DNA of 64,000 nt from Rickettsiales bacterium. GTDB taxonomy: Bacteria > Pseudomonadota > Alphaproteobacteria > Rickettsiales > UBA3002. A program made the position numbers and the translations under genes. The notes beneath the pieces were generated by a model. The model saw only the letters and a list, made by a program, of their open reading frames with translations, made no database searches and had not been told where the DNA came from. Shown one piece after another: positions 35,892 through 44,816 of this stretch (position 1 is the stretch's first letter; each line of letters begins with the position of its first letter). The stretch spans positions 102 through 64,101 of the forward strand of contig JBJXEM010000004.1 in assembly GCA_046154225.1 (NCBI GenBank). Reading direction: 5' to 3'.

Positions 35892-36713
35892 CTATTGAGG
35901 AATGCCCGGAGCAGTCGGCGCGCCCACATCCGACGGCGGGCCGTTTGGGCGTTCGACATCCGGCTTGGTTGCTTTTTCGGCGGCGATGGCGTCGAGTTCT
36001 TTTTGTACCTTGTCGAGCTTGCCTAAGCGTTCGTCGATAAAGTAGCGCATGAAGTTCAGCTCACCCTTGGAGTAGGTTTCGGGGTGCTTTACGATGTCTT
36101 CGATGATGCCGAGCGCATCGCCGAACTCGCCGCGCTCTTCGTGAATGAAGGCAGGCATTTGCTGCGCCCAGATGGGAATATCGCGCTGGCCCACGAGTCG
36201 CTGCGAAAGCGCAAGCGCGCGATCGAGGTCGTGCATTTTATGCTGCGCCAAATAAATGGCCTGCACCACCCACCACCATTTCTCGCGTCCACGGCCATCG
36301 GTATATTCGTCGAGAAAATCGACCACATAGCGCACGTCGGCGGGGTTTTGTGTCTGGCTGAAATAATAGCTCGCCATGGCCGGCAGGTAATTCGACTGGT
36401 CGTCGAGCCGGGTGAGCAAATGAAACCAGTGATAGAGTTTATTGAAATCGTATTTATACAGCGCCGTGAATCGGCCGAACGTATCGCCGAAGGTTTGGAT
36501 GTTCAGCGACAGCAGGCGGAAAAACGCTTCTTCGTCGCCGAACGACAACGCGCGCACGGTGCGTTCGCCCGGCACGTCGGCCACAATGCCCATTTGCGGC
36601 ATCACGTCGCGGCTGTGGTTCCAGAAGAGGCCTTGCAGTCCTAGAAACAATGCGAACACGCCGATGGCGGCGCGAAATCCGGGACGGCTACCTATGGAAG
36701 TGGCCGTCGCCAT
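35892..36713 (-). CDS. hypothetical membrane-anchored protein, last gene of the pilD-secretin cluster
   Basis: It has one N-terminal TM segment and a helical repeat-like body. I recognise no family. Confidence 0.5.
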   Translation of the reverse strand: MATATSIGSRPGFRAAIGVFALFLGLQGLFWNHSRDVMPQMGIVADVPGERTVRALSFGDEEAFFRLLSLNIQTFGDTFGRFTALYKYDFNKLYHWFHLLTRLDDQSNYLPAMASYYFSQTQNPADVRYVVDFLDEYTDGRGREKWWWVVQAIYLAQHKMHDLDRALALSQRLVGQRDIPIWAQQMPAFIHEERGEFGDALGIIEDIVKHPETYSKGELNFMRYFIDERLGKLDKVQKELDAIAAEKATKPDVERPNGPPSDVGAPTAPGIPQ

Positions 36714-36714
36714 G

Positions 36715-37479
36715 TCAGAACTGCTTGCGCTGAAAATCGATCACCGAAGCGGCGACCAGTAACGGGATGAACACCGCCGATTGCAGCAGGAACAGGTTCA
36801 AATCGTCAAACGACTTGGCACCGTAAATCAGCCAGTTGCTTTTGGCGTAAAAGTCGAGGCGCGGCACGACGACGGAGATAATTTTCATCGCCCAGCGGGC
36901 GCCGAAGTTAATTTCGGCGGATTGAAACAGACTGCCGGTATTGGTCGTGGCGATAAAAAATCCCATCATCCGCGACAGGGTGTAAATCGCCAGCGACGAC
37001 AGCACCGTGCCCACCCCACTGCGCATGGTAAGTGCTGCAAACAACGCGATGGAGACCACCAGCCACGACTCGAGCAGCAAGCTGACACTCCACAAATAAA
37101 ACCCGGTGGTGTTCAACGTGCCAAGGATGGCGACCAGTATCACCGTGGGCAGCACCAGCAACGTGGCGACGGCCGCGAACCCGAACCAATAAGACAGCAC
37201 CAGCGTGGTGCGCGAAATCGGACGCGACAGTAGCACGTCGATCTCACGCGCGTCGAACGCGTTGCGCATGTGAAAGCCGATAAACACAATCATCCCGACC
37301 ATGAGGATGACCCGGGCCGATGCGGCGGTGAACGACAGCGTCATCTGCTCCGGCTCGAGCATGGCGGTCGAACCCAGCACGCTCGAGATATACGCCGCCG
37401 CAAGCACCCCCACCACCAGCCCGAAGAACAGCCGGTCGCGGGTGGCGGTCAACAGGACGTAGCGAATATTGCTGAGCAT
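36715..37479 (-). CDS. polytopic membrane protein, ABC-2-type permease-like
   Basis: It has about 6 TM helices and a layout resembling ABC-2/NosY-type permeases. No ATPase gene is adjacent. Confidence 0.5.
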   Translation of the reverse strand: MLSNIRYVLLTATRDRLFFGLVVGVLAAAYISSVLGSTAMLEPEQMTLSFTAASARVILMVGMIVFIGFHMRNAFDAREIDVLLSRPISRTTLVLSYWFGFAAVATLLVLPTVILVAILGTLNTTGFYLWSVSLLLESWLVVSIALFAALTMRSGVGTVLSSLAIYTLSRMMGFFIATTNTGSLFQSAEINFGARWAMKIISVVVPRLDFYAKSNWLIYGAKSFDDLNLFLLQSAVFIPLLVAASVIDFQRKQF

Positions 37480-37488
37480 AGTTCGGGC

Positions 37489-39453
37489 TTACTTTTTCGG
37501 GAAAATGGGGCGCGGGTCGGTACTGTATTTTTGATAGATTGCACGGTCAACCGCTGTGGCGCTGCCATCGGGATTGACGATGGTGGCTTTGATGAACACA
37601 ATCAGCTCCGACTTACGGGAGTTTTCACTGCGGGCTTTGAACAAATTGCCAAATATTGGCGCTTCGGAAAGGCCGGGAACTCCGTCGTCCTGATTGCGGC
37701 TGGTATCTTCCATCAGGCCACCGATGACCATCACGCCGCCCGAACGTACCTTCATCACGGAATCAAGCTCGCGTACTTCAATCACCGGCACCGTAATATC
37801 GGGGATGGTAATGTTCGAAGTGGCTGCTGAGTTGGCAATCAGCGAGCGGATATAACCCGTTTCAGGATTGACCGCCGTGTCGACCTGGCGGGTAAGCGTA
37901 GGCCGCACACTTAAAGTAATCTCCTGCGTGTCGAGATTCACCGACGGCAGGATACTCAGAATAATGCCGATCGGCACCGTGTTCTGGTTACAGTCCACTG
38001 TCGGTTGCGTATCCACAGTGCTGTTGCCGCCCGTACCTACACTTTGCTGCGTGGGCGGTGTGGCGGTACAGTTAAAGAATACCACGTTACGGGCAAAAGT
38101 GAGTACTGCCTGCTGGTTATTAATGGCCGACAAACGCGGGCTGGACAGGGTGCGGGTAGTGCCAAAGCGTTGGGTGAGCGACAGCACGGCATCGAGATCG
38201 CCGCCTTCGAGGCCGAACGAGATGGCGTTGCTCGAGTCCGATCCGCCATTAATCCCGGTGGCGCTAAGCGCCAGTGTTTCAAGGCCAAGCGGCTGGAAAT
38301 TGCCCAAACGCAAACGGTTTCCGCCGACGTCGCCGATCAGTTTGGACCAGTTGATGCCCGACAAAAACTGGTCCGATAGCGCCACCTCAACAATTTTTGC
38401 TTCAATCAACACTTGCGCCGAGGAGTTGCGGCTCATCAACGACAGGAAGCGCTTGATCATTTCATGCTGGCGCTCGGTAGCGTTCACCGACAAAACACCC
38501 GCCTGACGGTTGATGACGAGGCCTGAAGACGCACCGCCTGCCCCCGCCGCACCTGCTGCACCTACTGCGCCTGTAGCACCAACCGCGGCTGCAGCAGGCG
38601 CACCCGCTGCCCCTGACGCGCTCGCAGTAGCAGCGCCGCCGGTTTGGGCCAGAATTTCGCTCACCGATGCTTCAAGGGACGACCACAAGTCGCTCTCTGC
38701 TTGGCTCGTGATATTGCTGCTCGAGTTGGAGGTTCCCACCCCGCCGCCACCGCCGCCACCTGCAGCTCCACCAGCCGCACCGCCGCCACCAGCCGCACCG
38801 CCGCCAGCAGCTGCGCCGCCACCGCCGCCACCACCACCGCCACCACCGCCCGACAGAATCCCGGTCTGGAGCGAGTAGGTTGAGGTGCTGGAGCGCACCA
38901 GATTCAGAAAGTCGAGCGAGTAGTTTTTAATATAGGGGGTGTCGCGCTCAACACGGATGGAATCGCCCTTCACGCTGTAGCGCAAACCGCCGAGATCGGC
39001 GATGCGCTCAATCACTTCGTTGAATGGCTGGTCCGTCGCGCGCAGATTGATGCCGGTTTTATCGAGCCCACTGCCAACCTCAATGTCTACCTTGGCCAAA
39101 CGGCCCAGCTCGAACAGCACATCGCGCAAGGGCACATCTTCGGTTACAGCGAGGGTGACGAGTTTGGCATTTGCAACCTTCGGCGGTCGCGGGGCGGCGA
39201 GGACTTGGGCCAGATCTGGCAGCGGCGGGGCGCCCAATACGGCGGTGGTTTTTACCGGCGCTTTTTCGTCGAGCAGTTTATCGGCGTTGTTCAGGTCACG
39301 GAAATCATCGGTGGTGAGGCCCTGTTGGCGGTCGATGACGTCACTTTTGGCATCTTTTTTCGGCACGAACGAGTCGAAAAATGAACAGGACGAAAGCGCC
39401 AAGGCGGCCACAGTCAGGACCATCATTTTCCCAACGTTCAGCGTCCGTCGCAT
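37489..39453 (-). CDS. secretin-family lipoprotein (MshL/PilQ-like) with internal Gly/Ala low-complexity tract
   Basis: It has the lipobox LALSSC. The C-terminal secretin domain reads VRSGGVMVIGGLMED...GVPGLSEAPIFGNLFK...ELIVFIKATIV. Confidence 0.85.
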   Translation of the reverse strand: MRRTLNVGKMMVLTVAALALSSCSFFDSFVPKKDAKSDVIDRQQGLTTDDFRDLNNADKLLDEKAPVKTTAVLGAPPLPDLAQVLAAPRPPKVANAKLVTLAVTEDVPLRDVLFELGRLAKVDIEVGSGLDKTGINLRATDQPFNEVIERIADLGGLRYSVKGDSIRVERDTPYIKNYSLDFLNLVRSSTSTYSLQTGILSGGGGGGGGGGGGAAAGGGAAGGGGAAGGAAGGGGGGGVGTSNSSSNITSQAESDLWSSLEASVSEILAQTGGAATASASGAAGAPAAAAVGATGAVGAAGAAGAGGASSGLVINRQAGVLSVNATERQHEMIKRFLSLMSRNSSAQVLIEAKIVEVALSDQFLSGINWSKLIGDVGGNRLRLGNFQPLGLETLALSATGINGGSDSSNAISFGLEGGDLDAVLSLTQRFGTTRTLSSPRLSAINNQQAVLTFARNVVFFNCTATPPTQQSVGTGGNSTVDTQPTVDCNQNTVPIGIILSILPSVNLDTQEITLSVRPTLTRQVDTAVNPETGYIRSLIANSAATSNITIPDITVPVIEVRELDSVMKVRSGGVMVIGGLMEDTSRNQDDGVPGLSEAPIFGNLFKARSENSRKSELIVFIKATIVNPDGSATAVDRAIYQKYSTDPRPIFPKK

Positions 39454-39564
39454 TGATCCCCCATATGGCGTAACTATCTATTGGTGGTAACAACAACGCT
39501 TTGCCACCACAAGATGTTTGTCTCCGTCATCCACCGTCGCGTGCGATTTTCGCGCAGTGCAACT

Positions 39565-40347
39565 TTAACGCAACAGCCCATAAAGTTGCCAAAATCCTGC
39601 CGCAGTTTGTGGCGACACTACGCATAACAGGAGCGACGCGGCGAGTGCCGGACCGAACGGGAATCGTGCATTGTCGGTGAGCCGTTGCCACACCGTTCCA
39701 AAAACAATGCCCATGAGCCCGGAATAAAACAGGAACGGAATAAAATTTGCCGCACTGGCCAGCCAGACACCAGCGACAAAGAGAAATTTTACATCGCCGA
39801 GCCCCAGCCCGTCCTTGTTGCGTAAGTACAAAAAGCCATATTTTAACGTCAGCCCAATCGCCGCTCCAGCGCATGCGGCTATCGCCGCGTCGGCCGCATC
39901 CACATTGCGTGCATATCCATACAAAACACCAAACACGCCGATGCTGATTTGCACCTCGTCGAGGATGATGTAATTCTCGAGGTCGGTCACGGTGAGCGCC
40001 ACGATCGACCACCATAACCCGGCGATAGCAAGCGCTTCCAGCGTCGGGCCATAATGGATGACGACGAATAGGCCACCCAGCGCGCAGGCCAACTCCGTCA
40101 GCGGATAACGGGCACTCACTTTTACCTGGCAATGCCGGCAACGACCGCGGGCAAGCACCCACGACAGCACCGGAAATAAATCGCGTACGCCCAGTGTGGT
40201 GAAGCAGGCCGGGCAGCGCGACCGCGTCATGCCCACCGGCTCGTCGCGCGGCAGGCGGTAAGTAATCAAGGTGATGAACGAGCCAATCGCGGCCCCCACG
40301 ATCGTCACCAACCCATAGAGCAGCGGCGTCGGCATTTGCTGCAACAT
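39565..40347 (-). CDS. pilD: prepilin peptidase (A24 family)
   Basis: It has the CPxC...CxxC zinc motif (CPACFT...CRHCQ) and a polytopic layout with conserved Asp regions (LGLGDVKF). Confidence 0.88.
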   Translation of the reverse strand: MLQQMPTPLLYGLVTIVGAAIGSFITLITYRLPRDEPVGMTRSRCPACFTTLGVRDLFPVLSWVLARGRCRHCQVKVSARYPLTELACALGGLFVVIHYGPTLEALAIAGLWWSIVALTVTDLENYIILDEVQISIGVFGVLYGYARNVDAADAAIAACAGAAIGLTLKYGFLYLRNKDGLGLGDVKFLFVAGVWLASAANFIPFLFYSGLMGIVFGTVWQRLTDNARFPFGPALAASLLLCVVSPQTAAGFWQLYGLLR

Positions 40348-40483
40348 GCAGAGGATTCCTTAGGTTTGCGGTTGCTTTGCTTGGCCTTTCATGGCATGAC
40401 ACGCCTACCTTACTACTAGATGTAGTAGGTCGACGCTATCCAATAAGGTGGCGCGTGATGAAAAATGCATCGGTTGGGTTTGA

Positions 40484-40915
40484 ATGAATGCAGTTGTGGC
40501 ACTGGCGAACGACCATGCCGGCTTCGCGCTGAAAAACGCGCTGCTGGAAGTGGTGGCCGCGTGCGGCTTCACCCCGCTCGATTTAGGCACGAACCAGCCC
40601 GACGCCGTCGACTACCCCGATTACGGCCACCTCATCGCCAAAGCCGTGCACGATGGGCGCGCGCAATTCGGCATCGCCATCTGCGGCTCCGGCATCGGCA
40701 TCTCCATCGCCGCCAACCGTCACGCCGGCATCCGCGCCGCTTTGTGCAGCAGCGGCCTTGCCGCCGAGCTGTCGCGCGCGCACAACAACGCGAATATTCT
40801 CTGCCTCGGTGCACGCCTCATCGGTGAGCTCGAAGCAAAAGAATGCGTGCAGCGGTTTTTAACCACCAAATTCGAAGGCGGGCGGCATGCCGCCCGTGTC
40901 GAGAAATTGGCATGA
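40484..40915 (+). CDS. rpiB: ribose 5-phosphate isomerase B
   Basis: The sequence contains DHAGFALK, ICGSGIGISIAANR and GRH..R. Confidence 0.9.
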   Translation: MNAVVALANDHAGFALKNALLEVVAACGFTPLDLGTNQPDAVDYPDYGHLIAKAVHDGRAQFGIAICGSGIGISIAANRHAGIRAALCSSGLAAELSRAHNNANILCLGARLIGELEAKECVQRFLTTKFEGGRHAARVEKLA

Positions 40916-40918
40916 ATC

Positions 40919-40979
40919 GTCATCCTGAACGAAGTGAAGGATCTCACGAAAAGAGATTCTTCGCTTCGCTGAGAATGAC
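40919..40979. repeat. double-hairpin GTCAT...ATGAC element (E4), compact form
   Basis: GTCATCCTGAACGAAGTGAAGGATC ... GATTCTTCGCTTCGCTGAGAATGAC, starting 3 nt after the rpiB stop. Confidence 0.75.
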
Positions 40980-40988
40980 AAAATTGAC

Positions 40989-41021
40989 TAACAACGAACA
41001 ACCAACAACGAGTGACCAGAA
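40989..41021. repeat. single heptanucleotide array (H7, unit NAACAAC)
   Basis: TAACAAC GAACAAC CAACAAC GAGTGAC CAGAA. It is related to the right arm of H3. Confidence 0.7.
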
Positions 41022-41054
41022 ATGACCAACACCGCCCGCAAAATTGAGGACATG

Positions 41055-42374
41055 ATGAACACCGGATTTTTCACCACGCCGCTTGCGAACGCCGATCGCG
41101 AATTATTCGCCGCGATGGAGCATGAGCTGGCGCGCCAGCAACACCAAATCGAACTCATCGCGAGTGAAAACATCGTCAGCCGCGCGGTGCTGGAAGCCCA
41201 AGGTTCCGTGCTCACCAACAAATACGCCGAAGGCTACCCCGGCAAGCGCTATTACGGCGGCTGCGAATATGTCGACGTGGCCGAGCAACTGGCGATCGAC
41301 CGCGCGAAAAAACTGTTCAACTGCGCCTATGTCAACGTGCAGCCCAACTCTGGCTCTCAGGCCAACCAAGGCGTGTTCAATGCTCTCATCAAACCCGGCG
41401 ACACGATTCTGGGCCAGAGCCTCGCTTCCGGCGGCCACCTCACCCATGGCGCGTCCGTCAACCAGTCGGGCAAAATTTACAACGCCGTGCAATATGGCGT
41501 GCGCGAAGACACCCATTTGCTCGATTACGACGCAATTGAGCTACTCGCGAAAGAACACAAACCTAAACTCATCATCGCTGGTTTCAGCGCCTATCCGCGC
41601 GTGGTGGACTGGGCACGTTTCCGTGCGATTGCCGACGCGGTGGGCGCCTATTTGCTGGTCGACATGGCGCATGTGGCGGGCCTTGTGGCCGGTGGTTCCT
41701 ACCCCTCGCCCCTGCCCCACGCGCATGTAGTAACGACCACGACGCACAAGACGCTGCGCGGTCCGCGCGGTGGCATGATCTTGTCCAACTGTCCCGAACT
41801 GATCGTCGGTAAAACCATGATGGGCAAAGACCAAACGCTCGAGATGGCCATCAACGGCGCGATTTTCCCGGGCATTCAAGGCGGCCCGCTGATGCATGTG
41901 ATTGCGGGTAAAGCCACCGCGTTCAAGGAAGCGCTCGAGCCCGGCTTCAAAATTTACGCGCAGGCCGTGGTTGATAACGCACGCGCGCTGGCGGCAGTAT
42001 TGAAAGCACGCGGCCTGAATATCGTATCGGGCGGCACCGACAATCACCTCGTGCTGGTCGATTTGCGCCCCAAAAACCTCACCGGTAAAGCGGCGGAAGC
42101 GAGCCTCGAGCGCGCGGGCCTCACCTGCAACAAAAACGCCATTCCGTTTGACCCCGCAAGCCCGTTCGTAACCAGCGGCGTGCGTCTCGGCACGCCCGCC
42201 GGCACCACGCGCGGCTTCGGCACAAGCGAGTTCGAAACCGTCGGCCAACTCATCGGCGACGTGCTCGATGGTCTTTCAAAAAACCCGGAAGATGTCGCCG
42301 CGAATGCTGCGGTTGAAGCCACCACCAAAGCGAAAGTCCGCGCGCTGACGGACCAGTTTCCGATTTATAGCTAA
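41055..42374 (+). CDS. glyA: serine hydroxymethyltransferase
   Basis: The sequence contains [36 protein letters not shown] and [14 protein letters not shown]. The start is placed at MNTGFF (GAGGA upstream). The ORF is open from 41022. Confidence 0.93.
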   Translation: MNTGFFTTPLANADRELFAAMEHELARQQHQIELIASENIVSRAVLEAQGSVLTNKYAEGYPGKRYYGGCEYVDVAEQLAIDRAKKLFNCAYVNVQPNSGSQANQGVFNALIKPGDTILGQSLASGGHLTHGASVNQSGKIYNAVQYGVREDTHLLDYDAIELLAKEHKPKLIIAGFSAYPRVVDWARFRAIADAVGAYLLVDMAHVAGLVAGGSYPSPLPHAHVVTTTTHKTLRGPRGGMILSNCPELIVGKTMMGKDQTLEMAINGAIFPGIQGGPLMHVIAGKATAFKEALEPGFKIYAQAVVDNARALAAVLKARGLNIVSGGTDNHLVLVDLRPKNLTGKAAEASLERAGLTCNKNAIPFDPASPFVTSGVRLGTPAGTTRGFGTSEFETVGQLIGDVLDGLSKNPEDVAANAAVEATTKAKVRALTDQFPIYS

Positions 42375-42423
42375 CAGCAGATAGGCCGCAGATGAGAGCT
42401 TTAGAAACTATGCTTATCACACT

Positions 42424-42513
42424 GTCATGCCAGCGAATGCTGGCATCCAGCTTCTTTAAAAAATCTTGCGATGCAGACGCATCGCACTGGATGCCAGCAT
42501 TCGCTGGCATGAC
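42424..42513. repeat. double-hairpin GTCAT...ATGAC element (E5), no gene
   Basis: GTCATGCCAGCGAATGCTGGCATCC ... GGATGCCAGCATTCGCTGGCATGAC, with a central hairpin TGCGATGCagacGCATCGCA. Confidence 0.8.
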
Positions 42514-42568
42514 AAAACTGGTTTTTCTGACAACGCTTAAACCTGAAACCTGTAACCTATAGGCTCTC

Positions 42569-43012
42569 ATGCATTGTCCTTTCTGTAATCACGAAGACAC
42601 GCAAGTGAAAGACAGCCGTCCGAGTGAGGACGGTTCGTCGATTCGACGTCGGCGTTTTTGTCCCGAGTGCAACTCGCGTTTCACCACGTTCGAGCGTGTG
42701 CAGTTGCGCGAACTCACGGTAGTGAAATCGACTGGCGAGAAAAAACTGTTCGACCGCGAGAAAATCGCCAAATCGATGGCGATTGCCCTGCGCAAACGCC
42801 CGGTGGATGCCGACATGGTGGAAATGGCCATCAACCGCATTGTGCAAAAACTGGAAAGCGAAGGCGAGTCCGACATCCCCACGCAACGCATCGGTTCGCT
42901 GGTGATGGCCGAGCTGAAAAAACTCGATGCCGTCGGCTACATCCGCTACGCCAGCGTCTACCGCGCCTTCTCGGATGCTGAGGATTTCGAGAAGTTCGTA
43001 GATAAACTTTAA
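42569..43012 (+). CDS. nrdR: transcriptional repressor NrdR
   Basis: MHCPFCNHEDTQVKDSR...RRRRFCPECNSRFTTFE is the zinc ribbon, followed by an ATP-cone. Confidence 0.95.
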   Translation: MHCPFCNHEDTQVKDSRPSEDGSSIRRRRFCPECNSRFTTFERVQLRELTVVKSTGEKKLFDREKIAKSMAIALRKRPVDADMVEMAINRIVQKLESEGESDIPTQRIGSLVMAELKKLDAVGYIRYASVYRAFSDAEDFEKFVDKL

Positions 43013-43128
43013 GTGCACCTGCGGTGCGATGGGGGCACAAGTCCCCCCATGCCCCCTCGCTTCGCTAACGCTCGCGGCTCGCGCCGTAAAGCGCTACGCA
43101 CCGATAGTACGATCACTCTGAAATAGGC

Positions 43129-44244
43129 ATGACCCAGACAACCGACCATCGCTTCCTTCTCCACGCGCAACGCATGGCCAGCCGCGGCCTTGGCCGCACA
43201 TGGCCCAATCCATCGGTCGGCTGCGTGCTAGTGAAAAACGGAGTGGTGATTGCCGTCGCCCACACGGCGGACGGCGGCCGCCCCCATGCGGAAACGCAGA
43301 CGCTCGCACTCGCGGGCGATGCGGCACGCGGGGCCACGGCTTATGTCACGCTTGAACCCTGCGCCCATCACGGCCACACCCCGCCTTGCGCGCAGGCGCT
43401 GATTGATGCAGGTGTGACGCGGGTCGTGTTTGGGTACGAGGACCCCGACCTGCGTGTTAACGGTCGCGGCGCGGCGATGCTAAAAGCAGCGGGTGTGGAA
43501 ACTACACCACCCACCACCCACCACTCACCACTCACATCTCTCTATCGCGGTTTCTTCCGCCGCGTGCGCCATGGCTTGCCGGAAGTGTCGCTGAAAATCG
43601 CGACCTCGCGCGATAACCATATTGCCGACCCTGCTGGAGTGCATCGCTGGCTGACCGGCGAACAAGCGCGCGCCCATGGGCACATGCTGCGTGCCACGCA
43701 TGATGCGGTGGTCACCGGCATCGGCACCGTGCTCGCTGACGACCCGCTTTACACCGTGCGGTTACTGGGCATCACGCGCCCCAACCTCATACGCGTTGTC
43801 GTCGATCGCAATCTGCAACTGCCGCTACATTGCCAACTCGTGCGCACGGCGGAACAACATCCGCTCTGGTTGCTCACCACCGCCGAGGCGGTGGAGCACA
43901 ACGCCAGCCACGCCACCGAACTTCGCGAACGCGGCGTGGTGCTCCAGGTGGTGGAAACCTTGGCTGACCCGCGCGCCATCCTCACCTTACTCGCAGCACA
44001 AGGCCTCAACCGTGTGCTGGTTGAAGCCGGGGCAGCACTCACGGCGGCATTCATGGGGGCGCGCTGTGTCGACACGCTGCATTGGTACCGCGCGCCGATG
44101 CGTTTTGGAAATACTGGCCAAGCCGCGCCGATTGCACTAGATACGGCGCTGCAAGCGGTTCAGCCTTTGGGTTTGGTGCATCACCAGCCCCTCGGCTCCG
44201 ATATGTATGAACGTTACGAGTTAAAATCATGTTTACCGGACTAA
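43129..44244 (+). CDS. ribD: bifunctional diaminohydroxyphosphoribosylaminopyrimidine deaminase / 5-amino-6-(5-phosphoribosylamino)uracil reductase
   Basis: It has the deaminase zinc motifs HAE and PCxxxxxxPPC (TLEPCAHHGHTPPC), followed by a reductase domain. Confidence 0.92.
   Translation: MTQTTDHRFLLHAQRMASRGLGRTWPNPSVGCVLVKNGVVIAVAHTADGGRPHAETQTLALAGDAARGATAYVTLEPCAHHGHTPPCAQALIDAGVTRVVFGYEDPDLRVNGRGAAMLKAAGVETTPPTTHHSPLTSLYRGFFRRVRHGLPEVSLKIATSRDNHIADPAGVHRWLTGEQARAHGHMLRATHDAVVTGIGTVLADDPLYTVRLLGITRPNLIRVVVDRNLQLPLHCQLVRTAEQHPLWLLTTAEAVEHNASHATELRERGVVLQVVETLADPRAILTLLAAQGLNRVLVEAGAALTAAFMGARCVDTLHWYRAPMRFGNTGQAAPIALDTALQAVQPLGLVHHQPLGSDMYERYELKSCLPD
43505..43535 (+). repeat. heptanucleotide array (H8, CACCACC x2, CACCACT x2) inside the ribD coding sequence
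   Basis: It belongs to the same unit family as the right arm of H4. It is translated in frame as TPPTTHHSPLT. Confidence 0.75.
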
Positions 44245-44816
44245 TCCGCACCCAGGGCGAAATCCGCCGCGTCGACCAACGCGGCGACCGCATTTTTGCG
44301 ATTGCCATGGCCGAGCCGTTTGCAGTTGAAATTGGCGACTCCATCGCCTGCAACGGCATTTGCCTGACGGCCATCAAACTCGCGGGCCACGAATTTAAAG
44401 TCAGCGTGTCGGAAGAAACCCTGCGCTGCAGTAACGCGGGTGATTGGAAAGTGGGCACACGCCTCAACCTTGAGCCGTCACTGAAAATCGGCGATTCGCT
44501 CGGCGGCCATTTTGTTTCGGGCCATGTTGACGGGCTGGCGCGCGCCGCTGCCCAAGCGCCCGAAGGCGATTCGGTGCGCTGGGATTTTGAAGTGCCCCCG
44601 GGCCTCGCCAAATTCATCGCGCCCAAAGGCTCGGTCACGCTTGATGGTGTGTCGCTCACGGTGAATCAAGTGACGATGAACCGCTTCAGCGTGAACATCA
44701 TTCCCCACACCCAGAAGGAAACCGGCTTCAGCCAACTGCAAGTGGGCGAGCGGGTCAATCTCGAAGTCGATTTGCTAGCACGCTATGTGGCGCGGCTGAC
44801 GGAGAAAACCGCGTGA
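44229..44816 (+). CDS. ribE: riboflavin synthase
   Basis: The sequence begins MFTGLI and contains G.S.A.NG.CLT, a pattern duplicated in the second half (GVSLTV). Confidence 0.9.
   Translation: MFTGLIRTQGEIRRVDQRGDRIFAIAMAEPFAVEIGDSIACNGICLTAIKLAGHEFKVSVSEETLRCSNAGDWKVGTRLNLEPSLKIGDSLGGHFVSGHVDGLARAAAQAPEGDSVRWDFEVPPGLAKFIAPKGSVTLDGVSLTVNQVTMNRFSVNIIPHTQKETGFSQLQVGERVNLEVDLLARYVARLTEKTA

Noticed and set aside
38737-38851. I considered the Gly-coding GGN repeat tract in the secretin as a frameshift-type phase-variation site.
   Set aside because: The repeats are triplet-based and heterogeneous (GGC/GGT/GCN), so slippage would stay in frame. There is no homopolymer or non-triplet unit.
43012-43129. 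I looked for an FMN (RFN) riboswitch upstream of ribD.
   Set aside because: The 117-nt spacer does not show the conserved RFN core helices or sequence blocks that I can recall. It instead contains R3-like GC-rich repeat material. A covariance-model scan (Rfam RF00050) would be needed to exclude the riboswitch formally.
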